Positions 50,513 to 60,504 of a DNA stretch of 64,000 nt are shown in pieces. Position 1 is the first letter of the stretch. Each line of letters begins with the position of its first letter. The position numbers and the translations under genes were made by a program. The stretch is from Minisyncoccota bacterium (lineage in GTDB: Bacteria > Patescibacteriota > Minisyncoccia > Phycocordibacterales > UBA9973), in assembly GCA_035299545.1 (NCBI GenBank), contig DATGWJ010000021.1:10090-74089 (forward strand), given 5' to 3'. Below the pieces are notes generated by a model. The model was not told the DNA's origin. It did not search any database and was given only the letters and a program-made list of their open reading frames with translations.

Positions 50513-50713
50513 TTACGCACGAGATACTTTTGTAGCCGCTGGGCCTTTTTCGCTTTCCATTATTTCAAAAGTAACTGTGTCTCCGACTTGAAGCTCGTCA
50601 AATTTGACTCCGACAAGTTCTTTCGAATGAAAGAAAAGGTCTTTCGTCTCACCTTCGCGAGCGATAAAACCGAATCCTTTACTCGTAAGTGTTTTTATTG
50701 TTCCTGTCATCAT
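50513..50713 (-). CDS. Cold-shock protein (CSD)
   Basis: KGFGFI, DLFFH, KGPAA. Confidence 0.93.
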   Translation of the reverse strand: MMTGTIKTLTSKGFGFIAREGETKDLFFHSKELVGVKFDELQVGDTVTFEIMESEKGPAATKVSRA

Positions 50714-50879
50714 ACGATTATATTTGTTTGATTATTTTGATTGAAACTTCGACATGGTTCCTTTGTGCCTAAACACTATTTCAGTATAACACACTTCCTA
50801 TTTTATACATATTATTTAAAATTTAAACATATAAAAACACTAATCATCTCTTTAGAGATTAGTGTTTTTGTCTTATTTT

Positions 50880-51263
50880 TTAAGCTAATTCCGCCATCTT
50901 CCTGATAGTTAATAGATTCTCTAGACCCATATCTCTTCTTTTTGTTATATTTACTATAATAACTCTATACACATGAATAATCTCTTCTTTTGTTTGGCAT
51001 ATCTCGATAGCTCTCCTTGCGATAGCTTTATCGAGTCCCTTGTCTAAGTTGTTGTAAAACATGTCCTCTAATTTTTGAAGAGATTTTTCATTTTTTATTT
51101 TTTCTAAATATTCAAGATCTCTTGCAATTACAGGTAATGGTTCTTCTTCCATATTTATAGCTTTTTCTATAACATTCCATATTTTTGATGGGTCTTCCAG
51201 ATGAGATGTAATTTCTTTAACCAAAAATTGGAATTGCCTACTGTTCAGTTTAATTTTATCCAT
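50880..51263 (-). CDS. Hypothetical protein
   Basis: 127-aa ORF with own TTGACC-17-TACTAT promoter and terminator. Confidence 0.6.
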   Translation of the reverse strand: MDKIKLNSRQFQFLVKEITSHLEDPSKIWNVIEKAINMEEEPLPVIARDLEYLEKIKNEKSLQKLEDMFYNNLDKGLDKAIARRAIEICQTKEEIIHVYRVIIVNITKRRDMGLENLLTIRKMAELA

Positions 51264-51392
51264 TTCGTCATGTTTTATGGTTATTTTAAAAAAACTAAGT
51301 TCCTTTTAATAGTACTATTGTTAAAAAGGCCGGTCAATGTCATTTTAATGCTTATAAAACAAAAAGAAAATCCATATTTATAAATATGGATT

Positions 51393-51704
51393 TTAATTAT
51401 TACACAAACAGCAACATAACCTTATCCACCACTTTTTCACCCCCTTTTTCAAAAAAGTTGCCTTCTCAATTTTGCCGTATTTTCCCCTTTTTTTGTATAC
51501 AACAAAGACTAAGTGTAAGTCCTTCTTACATTTTCTGATCTTTGTGATAAAGCTACCTTCACACTCCCAAAGAGGTCTGGACACTCCATCAGAGCAAAGC
51601 ATATCGCCACGAGCAGTTTTCTCGGAAGATTCTTCGCTGATGACTTTATTAGTATACGAATCATTCGTATAGACAAACCATGTGATATTTCTTTCCCTTC
51701 CCAT
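51393..51704 (-). CDS. Hypothetical protein (cassette with shared leader)
   Basis: 103 aa; shared promoter/leader module at 51705-51765. Confidence 0.6.
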   Translation of the reverse strand: MGRERNITWFVYTNDSYTNKVISEESSEKTARGDMLCSDGVSRPLWECEGSFITKIRKCKKDLHLVFVVYKKRGKYGKIEKATFLKKGVKKWWIRLCCCLCNN

Positions 51705-51805
51705 TTTTGTGTTTTTTAGAATTTACAATTTTCTTTACATTACTTCTTGTGGAGCATATTGTCAAATGCCGTTTAATTATGATTTAAATATGTTATTATA
51801 AATAT

Positions 51806-52705
51806 ATGAATTTCGAGAACCAAACAATCACTTTCAAACCTAAGCCCCTTTTCGAGGATGTAGAACTTCAAAAGCGACTTCTCTTAAAGAAGCAGGAACT
51901 TGTAGATAAATATAGACCCAAGGAGTCTACTTTTACAGATATCTATCCTGAATCAGAAATAAAAGCCGACTTGGAAGAAATTGAAAAGATTAAATCGTCG
52001 TTCGATAAAGGAGATGAGAGTAATGAGTATCTTAAAAATATTTCTTCTATATATGAGGGAGTTATTGCAGATCAGATTGGAGCAAATGCATGGTTCGGTG
52101 ATAATTGTGAATCCATTGCAACATCCGAATACGATGATATTAAAAATGGCGTTGACGTTGTAACTATTTTCAAAGAAGACCAAGACAAGCACTACCTCGG
52201 TCTAGGTGTAGATGTAACATTTGCTTCAGATAAAAAAGTTCTCGAGAAAAAGTTGGAAAGTATAAAACAATGTATTAGAACAATGTCTCTACCCTCTCTT
52301 AAATATTTCCAAGATCCAGAGACAGAGGAACATAAAAAGATTTTCTTACCGAAAGTCATTATTGGCTCACGATTGTCTTCTGCTGAAAAGCTTATACAAC
52401 TTTGGGGAAGTAAAGATGTAGATAAGAACAAGAAGCTAGCAGAGCACCCTGTCTCTTCGAAGATAATTATGGAATCACTTGCTCAGTTAAAATATTTTTA
52501 TGATTACGCCATGCATTTGTCAGACAATGATCCAATTCATCATAATAAAGATGAATACAGAAAAATTGCTATAGGTTATGGCAAGATGTACAACATATTT
52601 GTAGATATCTACCAAGCCAAGAAAGACACTATAAACACTAACTTGAATGAAATTTCTGATGATATCGTCTACGAAACTATTTGTGAGTATACCAATAAAA
52701 CTTAA
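51806..52705 (+). CDS. Hypothetical protein, possible PD-(D/E)xK-like motif
   Basis: 299 aa; TSEYDDIKNGVD...LGLGVDVT. Confidence 0.65.
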   Translation: MNFENQTITFKPKPLFEDVELQKRLLLKKQELVDKYRPKESTFTDIYPESEIKADLEEIEKIKSSFDKGDESNEYLKNISSIYEGVIADQIGANAWFGDNCESIATSEYDDIKNGVDVVTIFKEDQDKHYLGLGVDVTFASDKKVLEKKLESIKQCIRTMSLPSLKYFQDPETEEHKKIFLPKVIIGSRLSSAEKLIQLWGSKDVDKNKKLAEHPVSSKIIMESLAQLKYFYDYAMHLSDNDPIHHNKDEYRKIAIGYGKMYNIFVDIYQAKKDTINTNLNEISDDIVYETICEYTNKT

Positions 52706-52712
52706 TTAAATT

Positions 52713-53231
52713 ATGGTTCATAGAATTCTTCCTCTAAAATTCTTTTATCGCAATACAAAGATAATAGCGAAGGAGCTGTTAGGAAAATATCTAGTTCGTA
52801 AATCAAAAGGAAAAAATTTGGCTTTTATGATAACAGACGTAGAAGTCTATGACGGCTTTAATGATTTAGCTTCTCATGCATCAAAGAAAAGAACCCCTCG
52901 AAATGAAGTAATGTTTCAATCCGGAGGCAGATGGTATATTTATTTTGTTTATGGAATGCACAGTATGCTAAATATCGTTACTCGCGAGAAGGATTACCCT
53001 GCTGCTATTTTAATACGAGGATTAGAAGGAATATCGGGACCAGGCAAGGTGACTAAAATACTAGGCATAGATAAGTCGCTCAATAAACTACCCGCGAATA
53101 GAAAATCTGGACTTTGGATTGAAGATCGCGGGATTCACATATCACCCAAAAGTATAAAAAAATCTCCACGAATAGGCATTAATTTCGCTGGCAAAATTTG
53201 GGCAACCAAACCCCTACGATACTATATATAA
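52713..53231 (+). CDS. DNA-3-methyladenine glycosylase (MPG/AAG family)
   Basis: AKELLGKYL, DLASHA, YIYFVYGMH, GPGKVT, SPRIGI. Confidence 0.9.
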   Translation: MVHRILPLKFFYRNTKIIAKELLGKYLVRKSKGKNLAFMITDVEVYDGFNDLASHASKKRTPRNEVMFQSGGRWYIYFVYGMHSMLNIVTREKDYPAAILIRGLEGISGPGKVTKILGIDKSLNKLPANRKSGLWIEDRGIHISPKSIKKSPRIGINFAGKIWATKPLRYYI

Positions 53232-53269
53232 GAAAAAACCCGAACTTCCAAGAAGTTCGGGTTTTAATA

Positions 53270-53685
53270 ATTTTGCTTAATTGAGGCTCTGCTTCCTCTA
53301 GGCATCTCCATTTGTAATATTAAACGGGGACAAACTTACTCGGCGTTGTTTTATTTGTGTAGGCCGAGAAACTAGGCAAAATACATTGCATTAATTAAAG
53401 AACTGCACGTCAGGGTGGTAGATTCATAGATGCTTCATTTTTAGGTAAACATCCGCACTAAAACCCAAAGGCGATTTTATGGTGTGTATACTAGCACACC
53501 GTAATTATTTATGCAATAGAACAATACTAGTGGGTTCCATTCTCCGATATTCATATGTTTCTGCGGCGTCACGTCGTAATAGCACACTTAAGACCCAGTT
53601 AACTTAGTAGCCTCCATTTTACGGTTTCCGTCGGAAAGGTTACTGACCCTATATCCTTTAGTTCGACTAGTATTGTTTTGTCTTA
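53270..53685 (-). ncRNA. Candidate ~420-nt structured non-coding RNA
   Basis: No ORF of 60 aa or more; long-range IRs; terminator at 53235-53265; strand inferred. Confidence 0.4.
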
Positions 53686-53729
53686 TTATTAAATTAGCAT
53701 TTATTAAAACAAAAATAAAGGCCTTACTC

Positions 53730-54329
53730 CTATGAGCAGGCCTTTATATTTATTTTATTTATCAGCTTGGGTATTTCTTCCCAAGAGTTCATCCTTATGG
53801 ACCCTTTTGGTAAAGGCGCCCTATTCCACGGACAGTCATACACTACAACAGGGATTCCAACATTAGTGCAATCAGCAACATGCGAAAGGTCATCATCTAT
53901 AATAACATCCATATTTTGACTTCTACACATTTCTGATTTTTTTATTTTAACTCCAGAAGACCCATAAGAATTTGTGTGATAAATTTCCGAGAAAACGTTC
54001 GGGAAATATTTCTCTACCCATTCTTCGGTCTGTTTTGTTAATGCATAGATTCTACCTGTAACAATAGAAAGTTTATGACCCTCATTTAATAGGAAATTCA
54101 TCGCGGATTGAGAACCCGGTATAGGAGCAACTTCTTTAAAATAATTAGTTTCAAAGAATTCAACTAATTTTTGAACTTCTTGTTCCTTTGTTCCTCCCCA
54201 CACTTCACGATACCAACAAGAAAAGAAATCCTCTCTTTTTAAAGTTGTCCCATATTTATCATTATGGAATAAGATAATATTGCTAATTAAATCCGCAATA
54301 GTATCATCGACATCTACTGCTATATGCAT
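53730..54329 (-). CDS. 5'(3')-deoxyribonucleotidase-like HAD (NT5C family)
   Basis: IAVDVDDTIAD, IVTGR, IIDDD, PWN. Confidence 0.82.
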   Translation of the reverse strand: MHIAVDVDDTIADLISNIILFHNDKYGTTLKREDFFSCWYREVWGGTKEQEVQKLVEFFETNYFKEVAPIPGSQSAMNFLLNEGHKLSIVTGRIYALTKQTEEWVEKYFPNVFSEIYHTNSYGSSGVKIKKSEMCRSQNMDVIIDDDLSHVADCTNVGIPVVVYDCPWNRAPLPKGSIRMNSWEEIPKLINKINIKACS

Positions 54330-54435
54330 ATATGTTTTATTTAAGAGTTACAATTTCCTTCACATTACTACTTCCTGTGAAAATTGGCAAATAAAAAGAA
54401 AACCCGCCGAAGCAGGTTTCTGCTGGCGGGTTGTT

Positions 54436-54915
54436 TTAGCAAAGTGGAACGAATTCCTGAATTATGCTAAACGGTTTCCCTAAAATCATTCTCACGATTA
54501 AAAGATAAAGCACTCCACAAACAAGCATTCCCGGAAGATTGTGTATTCCAGATGGAATCAACAATGCTTTGAAAATTAAGCTGTTGTAGATAATTGCTCC
54601 CGGCGCAATCGAAAGGAAAATTGCCATACTTTTTAAAATCCATTTCGCGTTGCCTTTATACTTTTCGCTAGTACCGATGTACCACATATACGGAGCAAAA
54701 AGGAATAGAAAGAAAGCGAAATATCCAATAAATGGGGAGAAGAAATACAGGGCAACAGTGTTCATCCATGAATTGTTATATTCTCCGTTCATCCAGAAAA
54801 CAGGAACGGAGAGAATTAAACCAATAACAAAACTGACTATTATAACAAAAAAGCTGGTAAAGCGAACACTTTCTCCTTTTTTGGTGTTAACCAAGAAATT
54901 CATAATTCTTTTCAT
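54436..54915 (-). CDS. Four-TM hypothetical membrane protein
   Basis: 159 aa, hydrophobic; TTGACT-17-TATACT promoter. Confidence 0.65.
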   Translation of the reverse strand: MKRIMNFLVNTKKGESVRFTSFFVIIVSFVIGLILSVPVFWMNGEYNNSWMNTVALYFFSPFIGYFAFFLFLFAPYMWYIGTSEKYKGNAKWILKSMAIFLSIAPGAIIYNSLIFKALLIPSGIHNLPGMLVCGVLYLLIVRMILGKPFSIIQEFVPLC

Positions 54916-55065
54916 TTTTTAGGGATTTTTGAGGTTTTTATTAAAGATCTTTATTGTGTATAGTATAGCATATTTATATATAAAAGTCAAGTAAATATAC
55001 CTTGTAAAATAAGGGTAAAAATAAAAAGCTCTTATCTTTATCAAAAGTATAAGAGCTTTTTGTAA

Positions 55066-55719
55066 TTAGAGTACAAGTTCAAAGTCAGGATCCGTAGCAA
55101 TGGTAAATTGAGGGTGGTCGCTTCCTATTTTTTTCAGTACCTTTTTTGTTTTTGTAATCCATTTCTTATGCTTGCTTTTACAAAAGAAACAATTGAAGGC
55201 ATCTTTTTCTTTTAAGAAAAGAGCTTTAACAGGAGGTGTGTGAGACCCCCAATAGCAATGATCAACCATGGCAATGTTTTTCTGAAAACTACGGATTTTC
55301 TTTCCTCCTTCAGGAATAAACAATATTAATTGCTTCCCAATAGAAAGCATGGTTCCATCATCTAAGACTTTTCCTACAGGAAAACTACTTTGCCCTTTTA
55401 GCGCTATCTTTTTTAAGACGGGTGAACCATTTATTACTTGCACTAAGTAAATAGAAGTCTGAGTGACTGCATAAAAATTCTGAAGCTTTTTGGGCATCTT
55501 AAGAATTTCTTTTGTTGTTACAATTACTCCCCTAACCACAGCGGATGTCGGTATTGAACACACAAGAATAAAAACTATTCTTAAGACAAGTGATTCACTG
55601 GGATTATGAGGATGGATAAATTCAGTAATAATTATGAAAACTAAAATTATTAATCCTAAAACTGAAAAATAAGAATACAGAGCAAGCCGCATCTTTGGCA
55701 TTTGACTTAATTTTTTCAT
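55066..55719 (-). CDS. Two-TM hypothetical protein (cassette with shared leader)
   Basis: 217 aa; module at 55720-55780; terminator 55023-55060. Confidence 0.62.
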   Translation of the reverse strand: MKKLSQMPKMRLALYSYFSVLGLIILVFIIITEFIHPHNPSESLVLRIVFILVCSIPTSAVVRGVIVTTKEILKMPKKLQNFYAVTQTSIYLVQVINGSPVLKKIALKGQSSFPVGKVLDDGTMLSIGKQLILFIPEGGKKIRSFQKNIAMVDHCYWGSHTPPVKALFLKEKDAFNCFFCKSKHKKWITKTKKVLKKIGSDHPQFTIATDPDFELVL

Positions 55720-55854
55720 ATATTAAATTTTTAGAGTTGTACTTTTCTCCTACACTACATTTTCTAATATGTAAAGTCAAGGAATGATTCCCTTCCATTA
55801 AATCTAAAACACTTTCGCAAGGATATTGCGAAAGTGTTTTTAAGAAAACTGTTT

Positions 55855-56541
55855 TTATTTAAGTAAGAATCGTAATGTTGAAACAAGGCGAATCTTTTTA
55901 TATTCAGGAGAGCCTGGATCCTTGTCGGTAATATCAAACACTCCTTGGTTGCCTCGAGCGACACTTCCGACTGTTGAATCAGAGTTTTCGGCAAATTGTG
56001 AAGCAGTACTTCGAGCATTCTTTATTGCTTCTGCAAGCATTTCTGGCTTAATACTATTTAAATCTGAGAATTCAAACGAAATACTATTCTGGTTTAGAAC
56101 AACGCCTCTTTTCACAAGTAAGAGTGTTTCGTTTGAAGCGGCCTTAGCTTGGTCAACTTTTTTCGTATAAACAGAAACTTGGTTTGTAGAATTATATCTG
56201 AATGCAGCTTCTTTGTAAGTGTCTTGGTAAATATTCACAGGGGCAGCATTTATTTCGGATGGCTCGAAACCTTTTTCAACAAGAAATGCTTTTATGGTTG
56301 TAATATTCTTCTCTATGTCTGCATACAATGAATCGATATTGTTTGACTTCACCTCAAAGCTCATAGACCAGATAGCTGTGTCAGCTTTCACAATTCTTTC
56401 TGAAAGACCTTTCACTTCTACATATGACCCCTGCTTAGAGAAATTTTTAGCAGAGATAAAGAATGCCAAAGAAATTAAAATGGCAAAAACTATAACTGAT
56501 ACACTAATAAATGCTAATTTGTTTTTTTGATTGTTTTCCAT
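55855..56541 (-). CDS. SIMPL domain (DUF541) protein
   Basis: VEVKGLSERIVKAD, KPEMLAEA..NAR..A..FA, QGVF.I. Confidence 0.85.
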   Translation of the reverse strand: MENNQKNKLAFISVSVIVFAILISLAFFISAKNFSKQGSYVEVKGLSERIVKADTAIWSMSFEVKSNNIDSLYADIEKNITTIKAFLVEKGFEPSEINAAPVNIYQDTYKEAAFRYNSTNQVSVYTKKVDQAKAASNETLLLVKRGVVLNQNSISFEFSDLNSIKPEMLAEAIKNARSTASQFAENSDSTVGSVARGNQGVFDITDKDPGSPEYKKIRLVSTLRFLLK

Positions 56542-56588
56542 ACTCTAATCATACCACAAAAATAAAAAGAAAACCCACTTTAGTGGGT

Positions 56589-56774
56589 TTAACTTTTTAG
56601 ATATTTACCAGCGACACTGAGAGCGAACGATGAAAGTATTATAAATATGTTTATAAAGAATAATTGTGGTATTATTCCCCCTTTATCAGGCCCACCTGTG
56701 AACATCATAATAATACCCAAGACTGCGAAAGTAATAGATGCGATAATAAATATTTTTGTTGCTATTTTTTGCAT
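56589..56774 (-). CDS. Small two-TM protein
   Basis: MQKIATKIF...LSVAGKYLKS; TATAAT about 6 nt before ATG. Confidence 0.6.
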   Translation of the reverse strand: MQKIATKIFIIASITFAVLGIIMMFTGGPDKGGIIPQLFFINIFIILSSFALSVAGKYLKS

Positions 56775-56839
56775 AGATATATTATAACCCCAGAAGTAAT
56801 AAAAAGAAACCCGCCAAAGCAGGTTTCTACTGGCGGGTT

Positions 56840-57064
56840 TTAACACGTTTGGAGAGATTCGTTTCCAATATCCTCCACATGTACATGATCCAGAGGAATA
56901 TTTTCATCCACTATATCCGCAATCGGACGAACTACGACCTCTTTTTTGATTGGTATCTTAATACCAACAAAATTTTCTGGATAACAATGAGGGCAATCAT
57001 CTTCCCTAAAACGGTTTTTACTTTTAGGGGTACCGCAGGCTCCACATTTGTCTGATGTATTCAT
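56840..57064 (-). CDS. Small CxxC...CxxC protein (cassette with shared leader)
   Basis: CGAC...CPHC; module at 57065-57125. Confidence 0.6.
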   Translation of the reverse strand: MNTSDKCGACGTPKSKNRFREDDCPHCYPENFVGIKIPIKKEVVVRPIADIVDENIPLDHVHVEDIGNESLQTC

Positions 57065-57145
57065 GTTTTTTATTTTTAGATTAGTACTTTTTCTTAAGAT
57101 TACTTTTTCTGCGTTTAAAAGTCAATAAAAAGAAAAGGACTAACT

Positions 57146-57595
57146 TTATCTCTCGAGCTTTTTTCTTAGTTCATCTATGACAGCTTTCTTCCAAAATTTC
57201 ATAGAAAACCAGCCAATAAGTGGCTTCGCAACTAGGCGGAGCCAACGTTTATGAATAGTAATTTGATAAGTGTAATCAATCATAGTGCCTTCTGGACATT
57301 CAGAGAGTAGCAATTCTTCGTGTCCTGAAGTTCCAAACTTGGGGCTTTCATTATCTGAAATATACCCTTTCCCAGGGAGAATTTCTGTTTTCATTTTTAC
57401 TGGAAAATTTTGACCGAACGATTTAACGTTCGCATCCATTTCTAAATGATTTTCTTCACGCTTTACGATTTGAATAGATTCAGCAACTTTCGGAAAATAT
57501 AGAGGGAATTTTTCAAAGTCAGTTATTATATTAAACACACTTGTTAAAGGGGCTTTGATAAGCCACTTATCATGGAGATTGATTTTGTTTTTCAT
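57146..57595 (-). CDS. SRPBCC / polyketide-cyclase-like protein
   Basis: IKAP..VF.IITDFEKFP.YFP. Confidence 0.75.
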   Translation of the reverse strand: MKNKINLHDKWLIKAPLTSVFNIITDFEKFPLYFPKVAESIQIVKREENHLEMDANVKSFGQNFPVKMKTEILPGKGYISDNESPKFGTSGHEELLLSECPEGTMIDYTYQITIHKRWLRLVAKPLIGWFSMKFWKKAVIDELRKKLER

Positions 57596-57703
57596 ATGAA
57601 AATTATATCAAAAAAATTAAATACTCCATAATAAAAACCCCTGCATCTTTCAAAGAAGATACAGGGGTCAAAATGTTTAACAAAGGAGCAATATCAACGA
57701 GGG

Positions 57704-58333
57704 TCACCGACCCCGCAAAGAACTAGGATCAGGCCCCACGAAACACCGATCACCAGTACTATAATGAATGCTTTCACCATTCCCACCGGTAAAACCACTA
57801 CCGTCCCACGAGATCACGCCCTCCGCTTCCAGAGCATGTAATTCGTCATCAGTGTAATAATGAAGAGATGGAATCGGCACAGCATTGGCATACACGATGC
57901 AACCATCTTTTTCGTTCCAGAACACGTCCACCGTACTGAAATTACCGTCGAAGTATTCGACATTACTCGCTATGCGCGTTACCAATATGCCTTCTTTAGC
58001 ATTTACCTGCAGTTTTAGACGCTCGTAAAGTTCGTTCATACTCGCGTAAAGTTCAGCAAGATCAGCTTCCGGGTCGTATTTGTAGGTATTATTACTGGTA
58101 CCCGAAAGATACTGACCCAAAATGTGCTGACTTTCTTTAAGGGACTGCTCCATAGGTGAAGGTGCTATCGCATAGATTCTAGCTTTCCCAGAAGAATCGA
58201 GAAAGACCATTCGGTGTGGATTCGAAAACCCCGTACAGATTGTTATTTCATCTTGAGCCTTCAAAATCCCCAATAAAAACAGCAAAGCAAATACCACCAC
58301 CAATACGATGGTTATTTTCCATAGCTTTTTCAT
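57704..58333 (-). CDS. Secreted hypothetical protein
   Basis: 209 aa, signal/TM; visibly more GC-rich than neighbours. Confidence 0.62.
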   Translation of the reverse strand: MKKLWKITIVLVVVFALLFLLGILKAQDEITICTGFSNPHRMVFLDSSGKARIYAIAPSPMEQSLKESQHILGQYLSGTSNNTYKYDPEADLAELYASMNELYERLKLQVNAKEGILVTRIASNVEYFDGNFSTVDVFWNEKDGCIVYANAVPIPSLHYYTDDELHALEAEGVISWDGSGFTGGNGESIHYSTGDRCFVGPDPSSLRGR

Positions 58334-58478
58334 ACAAACCTCTCTTTCTTATTAAATTGTAAACAACTTGACGAAATGATAACACTTAACGCTCTTTTTG
58401 TCTAACAAGGAAATATATCCAATAATATTAGTAATAAAAAAGAGCCTCAATACTGAGACTCTTTTATAGAAACATTAT

Positions 58479-59081
58479 TTAACTACCAGATAAAAATACA
58501 AAACGATCTTTTTTCTGGTAAACTACAGTTGGAAACTGTTGATAAACTGAAAGGAATAAATTATTACTATCCCAATTCAATATAAATACTCCGGATTTTG
58601 TTGGAATGTGTACTTTTTCGTTTCTTTTTTCTACACCTTGAATAGCCAACTGAAAAACTGCTTCTTCGGAACAAAGGAGTAACCCGTTTTTTTGTGCTAG
58701 ATTACACACATCTTCTAAAGTAACACCAAGAAAAAGTCCTCTTTTGATGCCTAATTCTAAGGGAGAAATATTTACTAATTTCTCTTCTCTTTTTTGAGAA
58801 GATAAAACAGGACATATTTCATAAAGAATTTCTCCTATTCCATAACCCTCATGAGTCATGTTTGACTTTATCCCAAGTGGTGGAAAAATTAACGAAGTAT
58901 AAAGCTCTTCTAAATTCTTATGAGTACCAACGTTAATTTTTTTCCAAATTTTAAAACAAATTTTTTCGGAAACTTCTATTATCCGAGTTTTGTTTGATAA
59001 AAATTTGTTTACACCCTCCATTCCTCCAAGCTTGTTTACTAAAGCTTCGATTGTACCAAGATCTAATTTATTATATTTCAT
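58479..59081 (-). CDS. Hypothetical protein
   Basis: 200 aa; N-terminal LGTIEALVNKLGG motif; TTGACA-17-TATTAT promoter at 59247-59275. Confidence 0.65.
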   Translation of the reverse strand: MKYNKLDLGTIEALVNKLGGMEGVNKFLSNKTRIIEVSEKICFKIWKKINVGTHKNLEELYTSLIFPPLGIKSNMTHEGYGIGEILYEICPVLSSQKREEKLVNISPLELGIKRGLFLGVTLEDVCNLAQKNGLLLCSEEAVFQLAIQGVEKRNEKVHIPTKSGVFILNWDSNNLFLSVYQQFPTVVYQKKDRFVFLSGS

Positions 59082-59320
59082 AACTGTAATTTTTTAGGCT
59101 TCTAGCCGTTGTTGTACCATTGCTCATTTCCCGAAGCTGGAGCTAAAACTAGTAGTTATAGCTAAAAAATTCCAATCAAATTAGAAGCTTTTAACTATAA
59201 CCACCTTATAAAATAAAACAAATTTTTGTGAATGAATTTTTCTTTTATAATACAATCTTAAACTTAAAATGTCAAGGAAAAGAAAAAGCTACCCTGTTAT
59301 AAGGATAGCTTTAAATTTTT

Positions 59321-59788
59321 TCATAGAGTTTCTACTGCATCACTAATCAGTTGAGCAAGCTTTGAATAATATTCGTCCACTTCCTCAAGTTCAGTAAAAA
59401 AACAAGGTTCATAGATGATTATAGTTCCTTTTGCTGTGAGCATTGCGTTCATACCAAGTTCCCTTTTGAGGTCTGTACGAAAATCAGTTCTATAAATCAC
59501 AGCCTGACCATTCACAGCAATAGTTATGCCATATTCCACACAAGTACCACTGTCTGCATCCGCACCATCTGAGTTGCCAACCACTACTTTTTTTCGATCT
59601 TTGCAGGAATTAATACACTCCTTAACAATTCCCTTTATATCAAAATGGTCACCCCTCCAATGTTTTAAGGCTTCTCTTTGAGGAAGTATGACTGGATGTC
59701 CACGAAGTTTTAGATGTTTCTCGAGGTACAAATTGTGCAGTCTTTCACCTGCATTAAATAAACCACCTGCAAGATATATATCTTTCAT
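59321..59788 (-). CDS. Nucleoside 2-deoxyribosyltransferase-like protein (cassette with shared leader)
   Basis: IYLAGGLFN, LPQ, DGADADSGTCVEYG, RTDFR, MNAM. Confidence 0.85.
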   Translation of the reverse strand: MKDIYLAGGLFNAGERLHNLYLEKHLKLRGHPVILPQREALKHWRGDHFDIKGIVKECINSCKDRKKVVVGNSDGADADSGTCVEYGITIAVNGQAVIYRTDFRTDLKRELGMNAMLTAKGTIIIYEPCFFTELEEVDEYYSKLAQLISDAVETL

Positions 59789-59892
59789 ATATTTAATTTT
59801 TAGATTAGTACTTTTTCTTCAGATTACTTTTTCTATATTGTAAAGTCAAGGAAAAGAAAAAGAGTTGATTACAAATCAACTCTTTTTAATTT

Positions 59893-60162
59893 TTACCATC
59901 TTCTCGCGTGTTTTTCGTTGCCACACGGGCCTCCGCAATCAGGGCAATAATTCCCAGAACCTATCCCGAAAATCGGACTAATTGGATTCCGTAACATTGT
60001 TCTTCTCCTTCTTGGTAAGGATTTTGATCTTTCGATTTCTGCTAATGCTAATAGAAGGGCTTTCCTTGGATTCCTTTCCCCTTTGTATTGGAGTGAAGGA
60101 TTTTTGCCACGCTTTCTTTGTTTGTTAGCATGCGATACGACAAATTGAGCAGTTATTTCCAT
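59893..60162 (-). CDS. Basic hypothetical protein with CxxC
   Basis: 89 aa; CPDCGGPC. Confidence 0.5.
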   Translation of the reverse strand: MEITAQFVVSHANKQRKRGKNPSLQYKGERNPRKALLLALAEIERSKSLPRRRRTMLRNPISPIFGIGSGNYCPDCGGPCGNEKHARRW

Positions 60163-60174
60163 TTCGGATAAATT

Positions 60175-60504
60175 TTAGTAATTAAGCCACTTAAGAAACT
60201 CCTTATCTCTGTCATTGGTGACAATTCTTACAGAATAGATAGAGGTTCTTGTTTCAAGGAAAATATTACCATCTTCTTCTCCAAATGAATATATTTCACT
60301 TGATACATGAGCTCCTCCCCATTCTTTGAAGTGTACGGCATGTCCAACTTCACAATCTTGTGAAAGAGTACCACTTCTTTTTTCTCCTGGTTTAAATTCT
60401 GAAGATTCTCCAGTTTTAACTTCAATTTTTTCCAGAATAATCTTTGTACCAGTCCTAAGATTTTTAGGATCTGTACCCCATTTAATATTAGCTGTTTTAT
60501 TCAT
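60175..60504 (-). CDS. Hypothetical protein (cassette with shared leader)
   Basis: 109 aa; ETRTSIY; module at 60505-60556. Confidence 0.62.
   Translation of the reverse strand: MNKTANIKWGTDPKNLRTGTKIILEKIEVKTGESSEFKPGEKRSGTLSQDCEVGHAVHFKEWGGAHVSSEIYSFGEEDGNIFLETRTSIYSVRIVTNDRDKEFLKWLNY

Noticed and set aside
53281-53310. AGGAAGCAG on the minus strand as SRP RNA
   Set aside because: The surrounding CAGG/GNRA domain IV helix cannot be formed; tmRNA and RNase P end motifs are also absent.
34950-55836. TTTCGCAAGGA hairpins at 34950-34974 and 55810-55836
   Set aside because: Short, only two clear copies, and explainable as terminator-like hairpins; too little evidence for a separate element.
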